Source: Convolutriloba macropyga (Eukaryota). Taken from it: a DNA stretch of 58,658 nucleotides. Position numbers and translations under genes: made by a program. Under the pieces are notes generated by a model. The model was given only the letters and a program-made list of their open reading frames with translations, was not told the origin of the DNA and searched no databases. Positions 23,001-36,704 of the stretch are shown here, in pieces. Location: contig NC_134474.1 of assembly GCF_964194025.1 (NCBI RefSeq), forward strand, positions 34,043,343 through 34,102,000, written 5' to 3'. Every line of letters begins with the position of its first letter. Positions within the stretch are counted from its first letter, which is position 1.

Positions 23001-26000
23001 ATAAAGCAAGAGTGTTCAATGCACCAACCTTGATGCCTTTAACCAATAATTAAACTAATTAGGACAGCTCAACTTGTCTACAGCATCCTGTAAGATCTTG
23101 TGCGTAACGAGACTTTGTTGATGTTGCGGCCCCGATGTTTAATCTCACGGTGCAGGGATCTTTTGCATTATGGCGTGAATATCTTAGCTCTTGATTGCTC
23201 AATTAAAATTTGAGCAGAAATTTTAGAATTCTTGATGTTTTTAGAGAATCAAACGGTAAAAAATATGAAACTATGAAAAGATTATGAACCTGCAGTTCAA
23301 TTTCTGCGGGTCATGGCCTTGTCTCATCAATTTATGGGACTTGATAAAAACCAATCATAACCGAAACTAAGATTTACGCACACAAATTGTTGCGTTGTTA
23401 CTTTTGACGCTTTTGAAAGCACTTGAAGCTATGAAATGCCCCCGCATAAAAGTATGATGTAGAACTAGTTTTTGAACATATTGCATTTTTTTGCAATTGA
23501 TGACAAAACAAAATGCATGCGCATTGCCAGTACCAATCTATGGCATAAATTAATTTCAAATTTTACTTGTGCACGCGCGTCCGTGCGAGCTGTATCCTGT
23601 GTCTAGGTTTCAGTGAGCGAAGTTTAAAATTGTTTTGATTAGTATTGAAGGTAAATATTTTTTACTTCAAAGTTCCCGTATTTTTTATTGATGAAAGAAA
23701 TGAATTTTTAAGGTTAGTTGTGGTGAAGCGGTATTACCCGCTGGTGTTATCACAAAAATGCAAGCATCTACCGCTACCGAATGGCAATTTGTGTTCGTTT
23801 GGCTCCACCTCTTGTACCGTTGCATAACGCATCAAATGATGAACCTCGATTTTCTGAAAATTTAGGTAAGAGTCACATTATTGGACGAGAAATGAATTGC
23901 AATTAGTTTGGTAACAGTCAATGTAATTTGTGGTAGATTTCAGTGGTACCAACAAAAAGCTGGAAACCGAAAAAATTTTAAGGCTTACTAACGAAAACTT
24001 CCAGAATTTAGCAGTAAGTTTTTCCGATGTTTGCGGTTTTGCTCATAACGTTCATTCTAACTTCGCAACTCTAATAACCGCAATTCTTACGAGTATAAAT
24101 CATTACCAAATTTGGATTTGTGCTTGTCCGGCGCCACTTCTTGCAGCGCTGCAAAACGCACCAAATAATAAACTTCAATTTTCTGCAAATCTAAGTAATT
24201 TTCACTTTATTGAATAAGAAATGAATTGCAGTCAATTAGTCAGTTAGTTTGGTAACAGTCAATGTTAACTGTGTTAGGATTCACGGATATCAGCAGAAAA
24301 CTGGAAACCAAAAACATTTTAAGGCTTGCAACCTGAAACTTCCAGAATTTAGAAGTTAGTTTTTCCAAGTTTTGCGGCCATGCTCTCTACTTTAATTCTA
24401 CCTCATCGCTAAGAACCTCAATTCTTACGAGTATAGACCGAATATACAGAAATCCTCTTCTGAAGGCCAATTTCTGTATGAATTCATCCGCAGGCATAGC
24501 GGGCTCAGAAATTGAAAATTAAAATAATCTTGACTAAATAATGAAACAAACAACTACCTGAGCTGATAACAGGTTAAACAGAGCTCAGAAGTTAAGTACC
24601 TTTTGCAAGTGCAAGAGTACCACTGGTGTAGAGATTTTAATCTAAACTTTCGAAAGGTTTCCCAATACCCATGTTAGACTTGCTCTGCTTTTAACATTTC
24701 TCAGACTATCTTTAAAAAATTTATGTATATTTTTGAAAAATAGTTCTGATATTTGCAAAAAACTCTTTATCTTGCATCACCGTTGTGAGCGGACAGTTTA
24801 GTTGTTTATCCTAATCTTGTGGATGCCAAAATTTGTTTTCCAATTCTTAAGTAAAACTAATTATTTTGGAAATGATGATAACTGAAAACAGATAAAAATA
24901 GAGTTTTTCGATAAAGCAAGATTGTTTAATGCACCAACCCTGATGCCTTTAACCAATAAATAAACTAATTAGGACAGCTCAACTTGTTTACAGCATCCTG
25001 TAAGATCTTGTGCGTAACGAGATTTTGTTGATGATGCGGTCCCGATGTTTAATCTCACAGTGCAGGGATCTTTTGCATTATGGCCTGAACATCTTAGCTC
25101 TTGATTGCTCAATTAAAATTCAAGCAGAACTTATAGAATTCTTGACGTTTTTAGGGAATCAAACAGATAAAAATTGGGCGGTTTTATTGACAATTATAAA
25201 AAAATTGTGAGATTTTGCTACTGCGTGGGGGCGACTAAATTGGGTTACTAAGTAGGGCAAGCAATTTGGACTTTGGAGGCATCTAAAAAGGGCAAAAATT
25301 TAGACAAATGCGCGATTGAAAGAACTATTACGTAAGTGTTTTCCACATACATTTCCAGGACCTAACTACAAAATGATCGAATAAAGGGAGCTTCTTCAAG
25401 TTTTTGTGCCTGACTATTTTTTACACCTGATTCTCTACGAGAACGATAGAACCGTTTATGAAGAAAAATGAGCATTTATTTCATAATTTCTTAACGTGCA
25501 GAATAAAACTCTGAAAAATTAAAAAAGTGATGGTCAATTTTTGCGGGCCACGCTTTGTCTCATCAGTTTATGGGAGCTTGTAAAAACTAATCACAACCGA
25601 AAAAAAAGATTTACCCTAACAAATTGCTTTATTGAATACCCACACAAATTAAAATGTGGAATATATTTTTTTGACTCATCGTTGCTTTTGGCGCACTTGA
25701 AGGCACTTAAGTTGTGAAATTCCCCCGCATACAAGTAAAATGTAAAACTACAAGTTTTTGAACATTTTGCAATTTTTTTGGCAATTGATGACAAAAACAA
25801 AAATTGCTTACTCATTGGCAGTACCAATCTATGGCATAAGGTAGTACCAAATATAATTTTTGAACGCGAGTCTATGCGAGATGTATTCAGTCTCTAGGCT
25901 TCAAAGAGCAGTAAAGTTAAAATTGTTTTAGTTAGTGGTGAAAGTAAATGATTTTTGACTGCAAGATGTTTCTATCTTTTATTGAAGTCATTAATTTTTG

Positions 26001-27110
26001 ACGGGAGTTAAGGTGACATTAGAGCTGATTGTGTGCCGCAAGTGTTATAGAAAATACGAGCCTCTAGCGTAACTGAATTTCGATTTGTGTTCGTTTGGCT
26101 CCATCTCTTGTACCGTTGCATAACGCATCAAATTATGAAATTCCATTTTCCGAAAATTTAGTTAAGACTCACATAATTGGATAAGAAATGAATTGCAGTT
26201 AGTTTGATAACAGTCAAGGTTAATTGTGGTAAGTTTCAGTGACATCAACAGAAAGCTGGAAACCGAAATCATTTCATGGCTTACAACCAGAAACGTCCAG
26301 AATTTAGCAGTTTTTCCGAGTTTTTCTGAGTTTTTCCGATTGTTTTGTTTATGCTCATGAGTTTCATTCTACTGCACCTATAACAACCGCATTTCTTGCG
26401 AAAATAGACCGAATTCACACAAATCCTCATATTAGGGCAATTTTTTGTATGAACTCATTGACCTGGGATAGCGGGCTTGGAAATTGAAAAAAAATAAGCT
26501 TAACTAAATAGTGAAACAAATAACTACCTGAGCTGATAACAGGTTAAACTGAGCTCAGAAGTTAAATGCAACTGCAAAAGTAATACTGGTGTAGAGATTT
26601 TGATCTAAATTTTCGAAATGTTTCCAAAACGCCATGCTAGACATGCTCTGCTTCTAACATTTCTCAGATTATAGCTGTGAAAGTCTAATTAGGGCGCAAT
26701 TAAATTTTCCTCAACATAAATATATTTTGAAAAAATAGTTCTGAAATTTGCAAAAAATTCAACGTCTTGCATCACCGTTGTGAGAAGACAGTTTAGTTGT
26801 GTATCCTAATCTTTTGTTTTTCAATTCTTAATTAAAACTAATTGTCTTGGAAATGCTGATAACTGAAAACAGATAAAAATAGGGTTTTTAGATAAATCAA
26901 GATTGTTTAATGCACCAAGCTTGATGCCATTAACCGATAATTAAGGTAGTTAAGACAGCTGAACCTGTATTCTGCATTCTGTAAGATCATTTATTAGGGA
27001 CAGGAAACGTAACGAGATTTTGTTGATATTGCGGTTCCAATGTTTGATCTCACCGGGCAGGAATAATTTGCATTATGGCTTAATTATCTTAGCTCCTGAT
27101 CACTCAATTG
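20085..27110. repeat. Three diverged tandem copies of a ~2-kb unit
   Basis: The landmark GTTTTTAGAGAATCAAAC occurs at ~20093, ~23237 and ~25147. CTCTTGTACCGTTGCATAACGC occurs at ~21039, 22093, 23809 and 26105. GATAAAGCAAG…CTCAATT occurs at ~23000, 24910 and 26891. No credible ORF. Confidence 0.88.
20930..23000. repeat. Younger ~1.05-kb tandem duplication inside unit 1 (20930-21939 / 21984-23000)
   Basis: Both copies start AAGTCATTAATTTTT and end TTCAATTCTTAAG(T/C)TAG. They are more similar to each other than to the other 2-kb units. Confidence 0.88.
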
Positions 27111-28329
27111 TTCGACTTCAGAATAATAGATTCCGCTGTTTTTAGCTGGCTTCAGGTGCAACAAAATTGGTTCCGCAAAACTGAAGGATTTGCAACTGAT
27201 GGCAAAAATGTTTGGAGGAAACCTTTGACAGAAAAAGAAGTTCCGAGGAAACATAAATCAGCAATAACTTTTGGAAGAAGTATTTGGCTAATCAAAATTG
27301 ACTATGGTTGCAAAGCGTTTACCTGTTCTTGAAACAAAATTATCTCAAGTCAGATTGAGGCCTGAACTATTTTCTCACTATGAACCAAAGTTTTAATTTT
27401 TTGTAGACATCGCTTTCTTCTTTTTTGTTGGTCTTTTGAATATAAGATTAACTCTGAAATTAACTCTTCTTGAAAAATTGAAAAATTAACTCTTCAGGCG
27501 GAAAGACTCTGGTAAAGGCCAATATATCAACTTTATTCATATGTTTTTGAGAGAATGAATGAAAAAAACTGAATTACAGTATAGTGGAACTGAAACATGA
27601 ATTGTACTCCCATAATGCATGGTAACTGTATAAGTACCATACATAGTACCACTCTTCATTAAGTAACAAGATGGTGGCGCTCTTACAGTTAATTAAAAGA
27701 TCAAGAAACGTCACAAAACCAATTAAATTTTCCTTTAACTGAGGATGGATGTTTTTCCAGAAAACGGTTTTCTAGGCATGGCTGTTCCGAAAAATGCAGT
27801 TTTTGAAAAACTATAACATCAAAGGTTAGTTGTTCTGATGCACTGATGCTTTGAACAAAATATCAAAATTTATTGTAAGGCGATTGACGCTCTGCCTGCC
27901 GATATGAAAATGATGAAATGGTGAAAAAGTTTTTCCTGTGACAGGATAGGATTTCAAGATTAAATCCTGAACACATCAATGAACTTGCTATTATTTCTTA
28001 CAAAAATATTAAAGTAGAAATGGCTGCTCAGCTAATCTGGACTCTCAACTACTCTAGCGCAACTAAAGTTTAGGATATTCTTTCCAATATTTGCCTTTTT
28101 AGTTCCAGCTTGAAAATGCATTAACTTGTACAGAAAACAGCTAGCAACACCTATCTCTTCAGAAACAAATGGGCTGAAAACTTCCCAACAAACTTTTCGA
28201 ACAGCAACAAAACTTTGCGAACTTGAAACTATTTGTCAAAATAAAATTATGACAGGATTTAAGCTAGGATTTTGACAGCAGAAAGTTGGCAATCTAAACT
28301 AAGATTGCTTTGTTTTAAGCTTGAGCCAT

Positions 28330-30130
28330 AACTAGTGTCATCTAACTTATTGAAGGCTTGCGATGACGCCACTTATAACGCTGAGAGAATAAAATGTGCT
28401 TTTACAAATATAAAACCTAATGAGTCAGAGAAAAAAGATCAGTGCAGGTTTTGCTATACGTGGTTTCTGGTATACATTCAGTTGTTTGCAACTGAAATCC
28501 AAAATAAGAGAGGACCGCGAAGTAGGTGAACTGACAGAAATGCTCTCTTATTCTGAATTTCAGTTGCCAACAACAGAATGTATACCAGAGAAATCACGTA
28601 TAGTAAACCCTGCACTGATTTATACTTCTCTTACTTCGAGGGTTTGTGCAATGTGGACAAAACAGCGCTTTCCGGTCACTTTAATGTCTATTTTCAAGCA
28701 TTTTGTTCTGCAAATCTAGACAGGACTGCGACATTGAACTTCATAAATGCACAACTTAGGAAATTCAAAGAGTGGAAAATTTTGAAGTCTAACCGTGATC
28801 CATTAAACGATGAATCACAGTAACAATTCGGATCTTTTAAGAAACTGTTAAGATTATATCTGAGAGATAAAAGAACCAAGTCGAAAAACAAGTACAAATT
28901 TGCTAGTCGAATAAAAAAGCAGCCTGCAAGTTAGCAGCAAAAAGAATTTTTCTGAACAACAAATTGGCAGATAAAATAAGTCACAGACTTTATTCAAAAT
29001 AGTCAAAGATTTCAATAGTGATGAGGATAATGCGCAACAGCGCTCCGTAGACTGGCACGATTTGGCTTATTTTTTTCAAACAATTGGTGAAAGACTCGCT
29101 ATGACAAAAAACAACGTTGCCTATTTACAAAATATTCCAATTCATACGCAAACTATGGTTTTACAGGAAAAAAATGCGGATGAAGCCTTTGAAACAATCA
29201 GACTATTAAACGTCTGTCAATTCAAAGGATATTGATATGTCAAAATTGACGAAGCAAAAAAAACCTAGGCAATCTATAGTAAAGTTAATATTTTTATCCT
29301 CATAATGTAGTTTGGAAGGTTTAATAATAGAAAAATGTTAATTTTGAAAAGTTGCTGCCATCGCCTGAAACAGGAGGAGTTTCACGCAAAATTTACCAGT
29401 ACCCAATTCAAAAACCCCGAAAGTTTGTTGTGGATCAAAGTTATTTCGCTCAGGAAAATAATTTAACTCTAGAAGCATAAGGTAATTGACTCCCGGTCAG
29501 CTCAGAATTTTTGTAAGATCCTTTAGTTACCTATACATTCAGGATAGCTATAACGGATTCAACTAATTTTTTTGACTTCCTGTAATTCATTTGGTTTTAT
29601 TATATATCTGCTAGATGAGGCAGTAGTCTCTTGAAGTGTCCGTCCAGGCGTTACTTTTCTCTTTAAATGAATTTTGTTTTCTTTAAATAATGTAATGTCG
29701 CTGGTAAACAAATTCAATTGAAAATAACAAAATAGCAACAACCGAAATATTTTAATTAGTAATAAATGAACAGATGAAAAGAATAACAAGAAGCAATTGA
29801 AATACCAGTTTGTTGATGGTTGAATGGTGATAATTTTTACGCAACATTGAATGAACTGGATAATAAGATAGAGAGCTTGATGGATTAATTTTTAATAAAC
29901 TAAATCTAAGCTCCAACGCAAACGCAGCGTGATCATTATTTGGTGTACAGCTTCAAGGAAATTTCAGTAGGATCACCCTTTTTAATAGCTCCAGGACCCG
30001 AATAAAAATCTATAAATATTTATGCAACCACTACAGCGCAATGTGGTGCAATCATGGTCACAAAAATAGAGTATCAATAATTCACAACAAGCAGACGACA
30101 CGATTTTTCTACGTTCAATTCAGCTGCAAA
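28330..30130 (+). mobile_element. Heavily decayed LINE ORF2 (CR1/L2-group-like reverse transcriptase); boundaries approximate
   Basis: ~29060-29210 reads DLAYFFQTIGERLA…YLQNIPIHTQTMVLQEKNADEAFETIRLL, resembling the F-x-x-IG-x-x-LA…YL linker preceding the RT domain. A degraded GVPQGS-like stretch lies at ~29942-29986, and GCAGACGACACG (ADDT catalytic motif) at 30091-30102. The motifs are in the expected order, with many stops and frameshifts. Confidence 0.55.
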
Positions 30131-31023
30131 TTTTTGTTTACAAATTAAGTTTTAATTTAAACGTTTTTCTCCTTTCACTAAAAATTTCACACAGCAGGAG
30201 GAGAAAACTTGTGATACAAAGCTGGAATTCAATCACACGCTGATTTGTGATTCTACTGTGTGCTATGTCTTTGTTCGCATACAAGTAGTTTTTATCAATT
30301 TTATGTGTCGTTTTTATAGCGGTATTTATCATCGCTATTTCTGGTAGACCGTATCTTATATTAAATTCTTGTTGAATAAGGTTTTGTTGAATTAAGGAAC
30401 GCGCTTATTTTCAATCAATTCAAGCTGATCTATTTGACCTATTAACCTGCTTGGAAATAGAATGTCCCTGTGATAACTTAATTACTCTTAACGCCCTCTT
30501 ATGCAAAGAAGGGAACTAACCAAAGCGTGTCTGAACAACAAGTAATGATAACCGTCACCGAATAATTGCCAAGATTCAGATTTCAATTACTATTTTTTCG
30601 ATCAAAAAACTTTATGGAATCTAAAAACATTTTTATGGAATTCCCGAAAAAAGAAATATTTATTTTTCAAATTTTGTCACCGTGTCTTCCTTTTGCCAAT
30701 CGCATAATTTCAGAATTCCATTAATAGATCTAAATTTTACATTTTACTGTTTTACAAACTTTTTTGGGAATTATTTTGAGTAATTAACAACTAGAATTTT
30801 GCTAAGATAGGGAAACTTAAAAAGCTGCAATCCTAGTTATAAATGGATGATTTACTGTATCATTTAGGCAAAGGTTGCGAATGAAAGCGGTCAAAAAATT
30901 ACGTCCGATTACATTAATTTCCGAATTTTCCTGTTAATTGAACAGTATACCGCTTTTCTAATTCCAGTTAACAAGGCCTGTTTCAAAAAGTTTAAAAACG
31001 TTGATTAATAAAATGACTAATTC

Positions 31024-31395
31024 AAACATAAACCGACTAATGTTGGACGAGCTGCTGGATGGGATGGGGGAATTGATTCTATGGGTTTAGCTCTGAATAT
31101 TGTTAAGGGTACGAAAATTCCGAACTCATAGGGGTTCGAACTCTAGAACTACAGGAGAGCAGCTATGATCGTAACCACCGACAACGTCTCTGATACTCAC
31201 CCGCTAACAATCGCCTTTATATTAACCACATACTTTATTTCAGGATGAGAACAATTGAAATCACTAAAAAATGGAGAAATGAAGCGTGAATGGAGAAAAA
31301 GGAGAAACAGTCATTTGGGAAGTCAAAAATTGTTCTAGAACGAAAACAAGTTAAAAGTCAAAATGAAGGTCAAACGAAATTTTGCATAAAGAACA
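31024..31395 (-). mobile_element. Decayed Helentron-like copy, tRNA-core subtype
   Basis: AAACATAAACCGACTAATGTTGGACGAGCTGCT is a CpG-decayed family 3' end. TAGGGGTTCGAAC lies at 31129, and 31129-31395 is colinear with 47912-48150. Confidence 0.6.
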
Positions 31396-34300
31396 TAGCC
31401 GATAGAATTCCAAAAGCAACTCGAAGCGTCGGTGCTGCGCAAAGAAAAAGTTATTGCAGCTGAATTGTACCCATTGTGTCTTAAAGCATCGGCTCTTCAT
31501 CACACTAGATTTCATTTGGTACAAAATTGGTACAATTTACATCGCTGTCACCACGAAAATTGTTTGTGAATTGGCATCATTGGAGCTAGTTAGATCAAAA
31601 ACAATTACGACATCATTCAGTAACATTGCCATAAAAACAATCAGAATTGAAAAATACGACAGTTTAGCAGAAAAAGCCCCTGAAATTGTGATACCGCGAA
31701 ATTTCATATTTTTAGAAATAGTTGGCAGAAATTCATGTGTTAGTCAAATACCGAAAGCCTTAAAAAACTGGCATTGCAAGATCATGTCATGATGCAACTA
31801 AAGATACTAGTATTTAAACTATATATCTCAGTTATCAGGGTTCTGCCACCCAAAAAGACACATTGGGAAATCATATAGGCAGAAAAAACTCTTGAGAAAC
31901 TGACCAGATTTTTTCAAAAGAAAAAACTGATATCTACGAATCAAACCATTAAAAAATTTGTTTTAGAATCACTGCAATTAACACAAACACAATAGATACT
32001 TCTCTCCTGTTGGACAAGCTATTGACAAATTGAACTCGAACTGTTACAAAAATTAATTTGACAATCAAAGAGGAAACAGAACCAAAGACAAAAAAAATGA
32101 TTTAAAACAAAAACCGAGACCCCCAGATTATTCGCGAAAAACGACCAGTCAAAACTTTTGACATTACGATCAGTCAAAACTCCAGCAAATTTCTGTGCTT
32201 CATTATAATAAGTGGAAATCAATAGATAGCAAAAAAAATAAGAAAAAGTCTAAGATCAACATGTTTCAATAACAAGTTTTAGAGCGAATAAATGTATAGG
32301 CTCTGAGAGCATCCTAAAATGATGCATGATAGAATGTGGAGATTATTGAAATATTTCGAAAAAAATATAGAAAAAAAAGCCACTTGATTATTAAATTTGA
32401 AAATCAAATTGAACAGAAAACTAGGTTAAATTTGAAGTTGGAATTGAATTGGAAAGTGAAAAACAAGTTACATTTCACTGTGTAGCGTTCAAGTCCATGA
32501 AAATTATATAGTCATCCTCCTGTATATATTCAAAAAAAGTAAAAACAGAGATCAGAAGAGCAAAACATAAAAATAAATGGTAAAAACTCTCAAACTGTTT
32601 TTGAAATTGCTCTTATTAAAAAATTTAAACAGAATTTTGAAGACTTAACGTTCAAATTTAGAAGAATAACAGGTACAGAATAAAAAACAAACGAACAACC
32701 CAGACAGTGCAAAAAATATTCTGGTTACTAAAACCGAAATACATACAAAATACTGAGAAAAATTTGACAAATACTGCCAATATCGGATAAGTGTGTGTAC
32801 AGTTTTATAGAACAAACAAGACTCACATTGAAGAAGACAGACATTGAAGAGGATGCTATTATATGGAAAGATTTTTGAAAAATGCAACTCGATAGTCCAC
32901 AATTAAAGAAATTGAAAAAGCTCAAATTTGGTTAAAATGGGGAATATGTTCACATTTTTTGAACTTGAAATAATTTATTAGGCTCTCAGAAATATTGTGG
33001 TAGCAGTATCAGGGGGTTGCATATTAATAGAAAAAGTTTCAAGCAAAAAGTTGAGCCAGTTGCACAAAAATGGCTAAAAATGGTTATCTACATGAACCCT
33101 TCAGAAACGCTTTAAAAAATAAAATTCATTCACTGAGCTCAGCGAAATATCAAAACTGTGCTCGTCAAAAAATGCATTCTTTATTGTGCTCCAATAGTTG
33201 CAGATTGATTCGGAGTGCACACTACGTCGAGCCCAATTTTTTTATTTCGACCCCATTTCCTGCAGCTATGAGTGCTGAATTATGGTAATATAATTGTTCC
33301 GACCCCACCTTAATGCTAGGAGGAACTATATGCTCGGCTTGTTTTTTTGGTCAGTAAATTTTGGCAGATCGACAATTCATCGTACAGAGTTGTGAATTGT
33401 GTCGTTGGAAACTGTTCAAGCGCAGAATTTTAAATTTAATTTTTTTTCCCATTTCACTTTGTTAGTTATTGAGGTTTTAAGCTTCGTGTACAATTTTGAT
33501 CATTTTTTCTACTTAAAGTTTTTTTTGTATCGAGTTGTTATTTCAAAATTACTTTTTACGCTAAAATTCAATGAAATAATTAGGTGTTCCATTCAGAGGG
33601 GAAAATATTTAAAAAACTTGTTTTGATCTCATTGAGGATTTTGACAAGCAAGGAATTTGAAATCTATTGGAATGCGGTTTTTTAAACATATTAGTATTTA
33701 TTGTTTTTGTTTTTTAATACATGTCATCAACAGACAAGTTATTTTTATATCCAAGTTTTATCTAGGCAAAAGCCCAATGACATCCAAAGGAGGCTCAATG
33801 AACTTTAAATTTTTCTTCAGGGAATAGCTCATGGTTATTATTGCTTCGGTACAGTGTTTTCTTAAAATTATAATGGTTTTTCGAGTTTTGCACTCAAATG
33901 TGGCAGTTTTTAAAGTCCTGTGACTTAGTCTCACTTTAAAAACTCGTGATTGCTTTCTTAAAGAGTACAAGGGGACGGGATTATAGCTAATGCTTTGACT
34001 TCATACCTAATAGCTATTATCAATTTCAAAATATTCGAGAGAAATTAAAGAATTTTTTGAATTATCCGTTTTCTAAAACTTACTTTTGTTAAACTTTAGT
34101 TAGATCAGTACCTTTAATGGTAGCCACATATAGCACTTTTGCTTACAAAATTCGATCTGGTTGCCGTTTTATGTTTTAGCTTTTCGTTTTATGACTTAGG
34201 TTCTGTCTAGTTTTCGTTAAAATTTGGAGATTTTTAAAAATTTGTTCAAAACTTTGATGTTTTTTCAAGTCCTGCCAAATTATCAAACCATTGGCCATTC

Positions 34301-36704
34301 TGTTTGGTAATTCAAAATAATGAATAGCGGCCGGTTTTATGCGCTTCCAGAATTGTTCTCCCCGTTTTCACTATTTTTTTCGTTTTTGACTAATTTTGTC
34401 TTTTTTGTACTCGAAAGACAATCTGACTATTGACAGACGTCACTGGATTCCTAATATCTTTTAAACAAATAAGTGAGCATATTTAAGCTTCCCATTGAAA
34501 GTTGATAATCTTAATGGATTTGATACTACGAGTTTTCTCTAAAAATTTTGTAATAAATGTATATCTGTTCGTAATTGTTAATCTTCTTAAAATTAAAATT
34601 ACCGTAATATTGACAGATCATATTCGATACTGTTCTCTCGAATTTTGTAATTAAAATTCTGGTTTCTGCTTGTACTTTTTGTTCTTTTTCGGCGTTATTG
34701 TTTTTAATTACAGATCTAATTGCGTTTCTATTGGGATGTGAACAATTTTCTTCCAACGCCGTCAGCAGGCAGCTTATGGAGGTTTGGCTGGATTTTGCAG
34801 AATTTTGATTTTGTTTGTTTTCTAAGCTTCCGCAGATTTTTTGTCACTGTGTAACTCAATCTCATCAATGAGAAATCCCATTCATTTTTCTCGTAAAAAA
34901 ACGTTTAGCCCTCTATTGCCTTTTGGGTTACAGCCAATGCTTTACGTGTAACTATGCGCTCTTTAAAATTTTGCGGGCAGCCAATGTTTGCATCACTTTT
35001 TGCTGTCTTTTAACACATTGGCTTTAATAACAGGTCCCATTGAGTTGCAAATGAGACCCACGTGTGCGTATAATTCTTATTGAAGTTTTATATTAAGTAA
35101 AATAAAATTAATAACTAAAACTGTAATATTCAGACAGTATTAAAACTAATGACTTTAATGCCTTCAATATTTGTTTTCGTTAACTCTGCGTGAATATTCG
35201 AGTTTCTGTTTCTTCTGCAATTGTGAACTCCTGTCCTATGGCTTAGTGTCACCCCAAACCTTTGGTTTTTGAGAACTCTATGTAAGCCTATCTAAGGTCT
35301 TTTTTATTGAAATGCTAATCGTTTTTGTGACTTTTGAAGTTATTTGGTTTCAAAAAATTCTATCGTTTTTTGTCCTTTGCCCCGTTTCCCTCTGTTTGCC
35401 GGTTACCTAATCCCTTTAGCAACAGGTCGCATCTGCTCTCTAGTTAAGGATAACTGAACTTGTGTTGTTTAAGTTTCATCTGATTGTATTTTGACTTTGT
35501 TACTACGTGCTTTTAAAATTAGATACTTAGTTTCTTGCCGTTCGTAATATCTTTCTGTTGTTTCTTTTTCTCGCGCAGTCTTAGTAATGGCAGGTCTCAT
35601 GGGCGCTCTAATGCACCATGGCAATATTTAACTTATTTAGTAGTCTGTGTTTGTAACATTTTTTAAACTTCTTTTTTCGAACAATTCACTTGGCAAACAA
35701 GTGAAAAACATGAACGAGCGGAGTGGTCGGAACACTGTGCGAGCGCAGATTAACGAGCTTTGTTGTGTTCTTTTAGTGGCTTCATCTGCATAAACAGCTT
35801 TGCATTGGCTTGTTTCCTCCCGCAGTGCCGTCCATGAAACAGAGTAAAATTTGACAAAATTTTGCAACTACACCCCAAAAGAATCGGAAATGTTCGTTTG
35901 CACAATTGATGATAGACATTTTTCTGTCAAATTGCGTAATACTTGATGCCAAATAATGAAACCTGACGCCGCTTCTAATCAAATCTGCTGTTTCCATGCA
36001 AATTTAGATACGGAGCTCGGTTAAATAAATCGACCTTTAAACAACAAAACTTGGACAACCATCTCAACTTCATTTATGAGTTTGATTTAGCAGAAGTTAA
36101 GCTTTCTGTCACGCCGTATTAATATGACAGCGTACAATAAGAACATTGCGTGCGTCAATGGCCTCATTAAATTTCCCAGAAAAGGAAGTAGAAAAATAAA
36201 AGGTATTCGGCGAGCTTTGAGATGCATGCAAATTTGACCTCACGAAGCCCAGGCTGATGCCGCGTATAATGGTCGAAAATTTGATTGACAAGAAAACTTC
36301 TACGTTTTACTTAATTAACAAGAATTCTATTGGTTAGAAGAAATGATATTTTAGAAAACAATCTGAATGAAGCAATAATTTTGTCAACATTTTTTAAGTC
36401 CAGATTGGATATTTTGCGAAATTAAACAGCGTTTCGAACAATCTCCGCTTGAAATTAGTTAAAAAAACTTCATTCTAATTTACATTTGGAGCTCTTTAGG
36501 ACAAAATAGTTTGGAGTACTAGAACATTAATGAGCGGTAGAAAGCACTTACAAGGTCATCTGAGCTGTACGTAAAATCTCTTACTAAATTCCAGAAACAT
36601 TAGATTAGAAAATTGCGATTGAGCAAAAATCAAGTATGGCGAAAACAAAACTACTTATATACAAAATTCACGCAAATAAATTCACAACAAACAAAAAATT
36701 AGTT

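Noticed and set aside
35637-36291. Cluster of short minus-strand ORFs downstream of timeless
   Set aside because: Slightly GC-richer and possibly a decayed gene or transposon, but no motif I can identify.
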